A stretch of DNA of 14,611 nt from Myxococcota bacterium. GTDB lineage: Bacteria > Myxococcota_A > Polyangia > Polyangiales > Sandaracinaceae. This document shows positions 13,434 to 14,611 of this stretch, one piece after another. The position numbers and the translations under genes were made by a program. The stretch is from positions 1-14,611 of the forward strand of contig JAYZQJ010000203.1 in assembly GCA_036149055.1 (NCBI GenBank), given 5' to 3'. Positions within the stretch are counted from its first letter, which is position 1. Every line of letters begins with the position of its first letter. The notes beneath the pieces were generated by a model. It had not been told where the DNA came from and ran no database searches. It saw nothing but the letters and a program-made list of their open reading frames with translations.

Positions 13434-13444
13434 TGGGCGGTCGT

Positions 13445-14431
13445 TCACGGCTCGTGGCGGCCGGCGAGGGCGAGCCAGGAGTAGAGCCCCGCGCCGACGA
13501 TGAGCGCGAAGGCGAGCTTGACCACGTAGGGGATGGTCGGCTCGTGGATCTGGCTGATGGTCCCCTCGATCAGGCCGGCGAGCACGAGCACCGGCATCGT
13601 GCCGACGACCAGGCGGGCGGCGCGTCGGCCCTCGACGACGAGCGCGTCGCGTCGCCGCCGACGGCCGGGCAGGAGCAGGGCGCGCGCGATCACGAGCCCG
13701 GCGCCGCCGGCGACGAAGATGCTCGTCAGCTCGGGCACCCCGTGGGGCAGGATCCAGGCCCAGAAGAAGAGGCCCTCTCCCTCCTGGTGGTACTGCATCG
13801 CCAGCGCGCCCAGGGGCACGCCGTTGTAGAAGAGCAGGCTGGCCGTGCCCACGCCGAAGGTGATGCCCGCCGCGAAGACGAGGAAGGTCACCTGGATGTT
13901 GTGGGTGAAGAGGAAGCTCGAGAACGCGGCCGCCTCGTCCCCGGCGTGGGCCCCGCGTCGCGCGTCGCGCTCGATGCGCTCGCCCGGCGTGAAGGCCTGG
14001 TGCTGGGCGGGGATGAGCACGCCGAGGGCGTCCTGGTCCACCGCGACCGCGCCGGCGCCGACCGCTCCGCCGCCGAGCAGGAGGAGGGCGGAGAGCGCGA
14101 TGACCTTCCACTCCTCGCGCACCAGCTTCGGGTAGCCGCGCAGGAAGAAGGCGAGCAGCTCCTTGCCGCGCTGGCCGGTCCCGGCGTGGATGTGGGCGTA
14201 GGCGCGGGCGACGAGGTCGTTGAGGTAGTCGGTGATCGAGGCGTCGACGAGCTCGGTCCGGGCGCGGATGAGGTCGCTCGAGACGCTGCGGTACAGCTTG
14301 CCGAACCGCTTCGCGCCGTCGATGCCCAGCGAGCGGAGGCCGGACGCCTCGACCTGCGCGAGGAGATCCTCGAGCTCCTCCCACTCCGCCTGTCGCTCCC
14401 CCAGGAAGCGGTTCACGTCGAAGCCGCGCAC
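13445..14431 (-). CDS. Stage II sporulation protein M / DUF95 family integral membrane protein
   Basis: N-terminus FDVNRFLGERQAEWEELE...LYRSVSSDLIRART...YLNDLVARAY, then LFTHNIQVTFLVFAAG, LFYNGVPLG, ILPHGVPELTSIFVAGGAGL and LVLAGLIEGTIS. GTG at 14431 is preferred because the longer ORF runs through non-coding repeats. Confidence 0.88.
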   Translation of the reverse strand: MRGFDVNRFLGERQAEWEELEDLLAQVEASGLRSLGIDGAKRFGKLYRSVSSDLIRARTELVDASITDYLNDLVARAYAHIHAGTGQRGKELLAFFLRGYPKLVREEWKVIALSALLLLGGGAVGAGAVAVDQDALGVLIPAQHQAFTPGERIERDARRGAHAGDEAAAFSSFLFTHNIQVTFLVFAAGITFGVGTASLLFYNGVPLGALAMQYHQEGEGLFFWAWILPHGVPELTSIFVAGGAGLVIARALLLPGRRRRRDALVVEGRRAARLVVGTMPVLVLAGLIEGTISQIHEPTIPYVVKLAFALIVGAGLYSWLALAGRHEP

Positions 14432-14440
14432 GCTGGGCGG

Positions 14441-14446
14441 AGGATA
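14441..14446 (-). promoter_or_regulatory. Candidate -10 box TATCCT 9 nt before GTG of the SpoIIM-family gene
   Basis: Minus strand reads cgcTATCCTccgcccagcGTG. Confidence 0.45.
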
Positions 14447-14456
14447 GCGGAAATCG

Positions 14457-14590
14457 TCTCTCGCACAGGCAGAGACGCAGAACAGCTCGGTGGCGGCGGG
14501 GTGGGGGCTCGCCTTGGGTCGGAGGTCGCTTGGCTTGTTTTGGGGCGCTTCGGTGGCTTTTTTCTCTCGCAAAGACGCAAAGACGCAAAG
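14457..14590. repeat. Two direct copies of a TCTCT-(CGCARAGA)n octamer repeat element
   Basis: 14457-14482 tctctcgcacaggcagagacgcagaa (degenerate) and 14563-14590 tctctcgcaaagacgcaaagacgcaaag (CGCAAAGA almost x3). Confidence 0.7.
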
Positions 14591-14611
14591 GGGGTGGGGG
14601 GCGGCGGGATG

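Noticed and set aside
13445..14431. Role in sporulation implied by the SpoIIM name
   Set aside because: The family is widespread in non-sporulating bacteria; the name is not evidence of function here
14432..14572. 47-aa N-terminal extension of the SpoIIM-family ORF
   Set aside because: It runs through repeat DNA with atypical composition; the family-like sequence and a -10 box point to GTG 14431

Overview
Very GC-rich, densely coding chromosomal segment, almost certainly from a myxobacterium (Myxococcota), judged from the canonical mglB-mglA pair, a MYXO-CTERM sorting signal and a TSP3/VWA lipoprotein. Left to right it holds 12 credible genes: secreted M4/M36-type Zn metallopeptidase with MYXO-CTERM (+), glutaredoxin (+), small beta-sandwich lipoprotein (-), membrane-anchored TPR-like protein (+), mglA and mglB (-), P-type IIA-like ATPase (-), sppA (+), beta-rich lipoprotein (+), Pro-rich C-terminally anchored protein (-), CglD-like/integrin-beta-like TSP3-VWA lipoprotein (+), and SpoIIM/DUF95 membrane protein (-). 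Most notable: (1) the P-type ATPase keeps all catalytic motifs, but the SERCA E771, D800 and E908 equivalents appear as Leu, Asn and Pro, suggesting a non-Ca2+ substrate; (2) the integrin-beta-like adhesin lies near mglBA; (3) two different non-coding repeat families sit at the window edges; (4) four genes have a TANNNT box only 7-9 nt before the start codon, suggesting leaderless transcription. No RNA genes, cas genes or mobile-element genes were recognised. All family assignments come from motif recognition by eye, not database searches.
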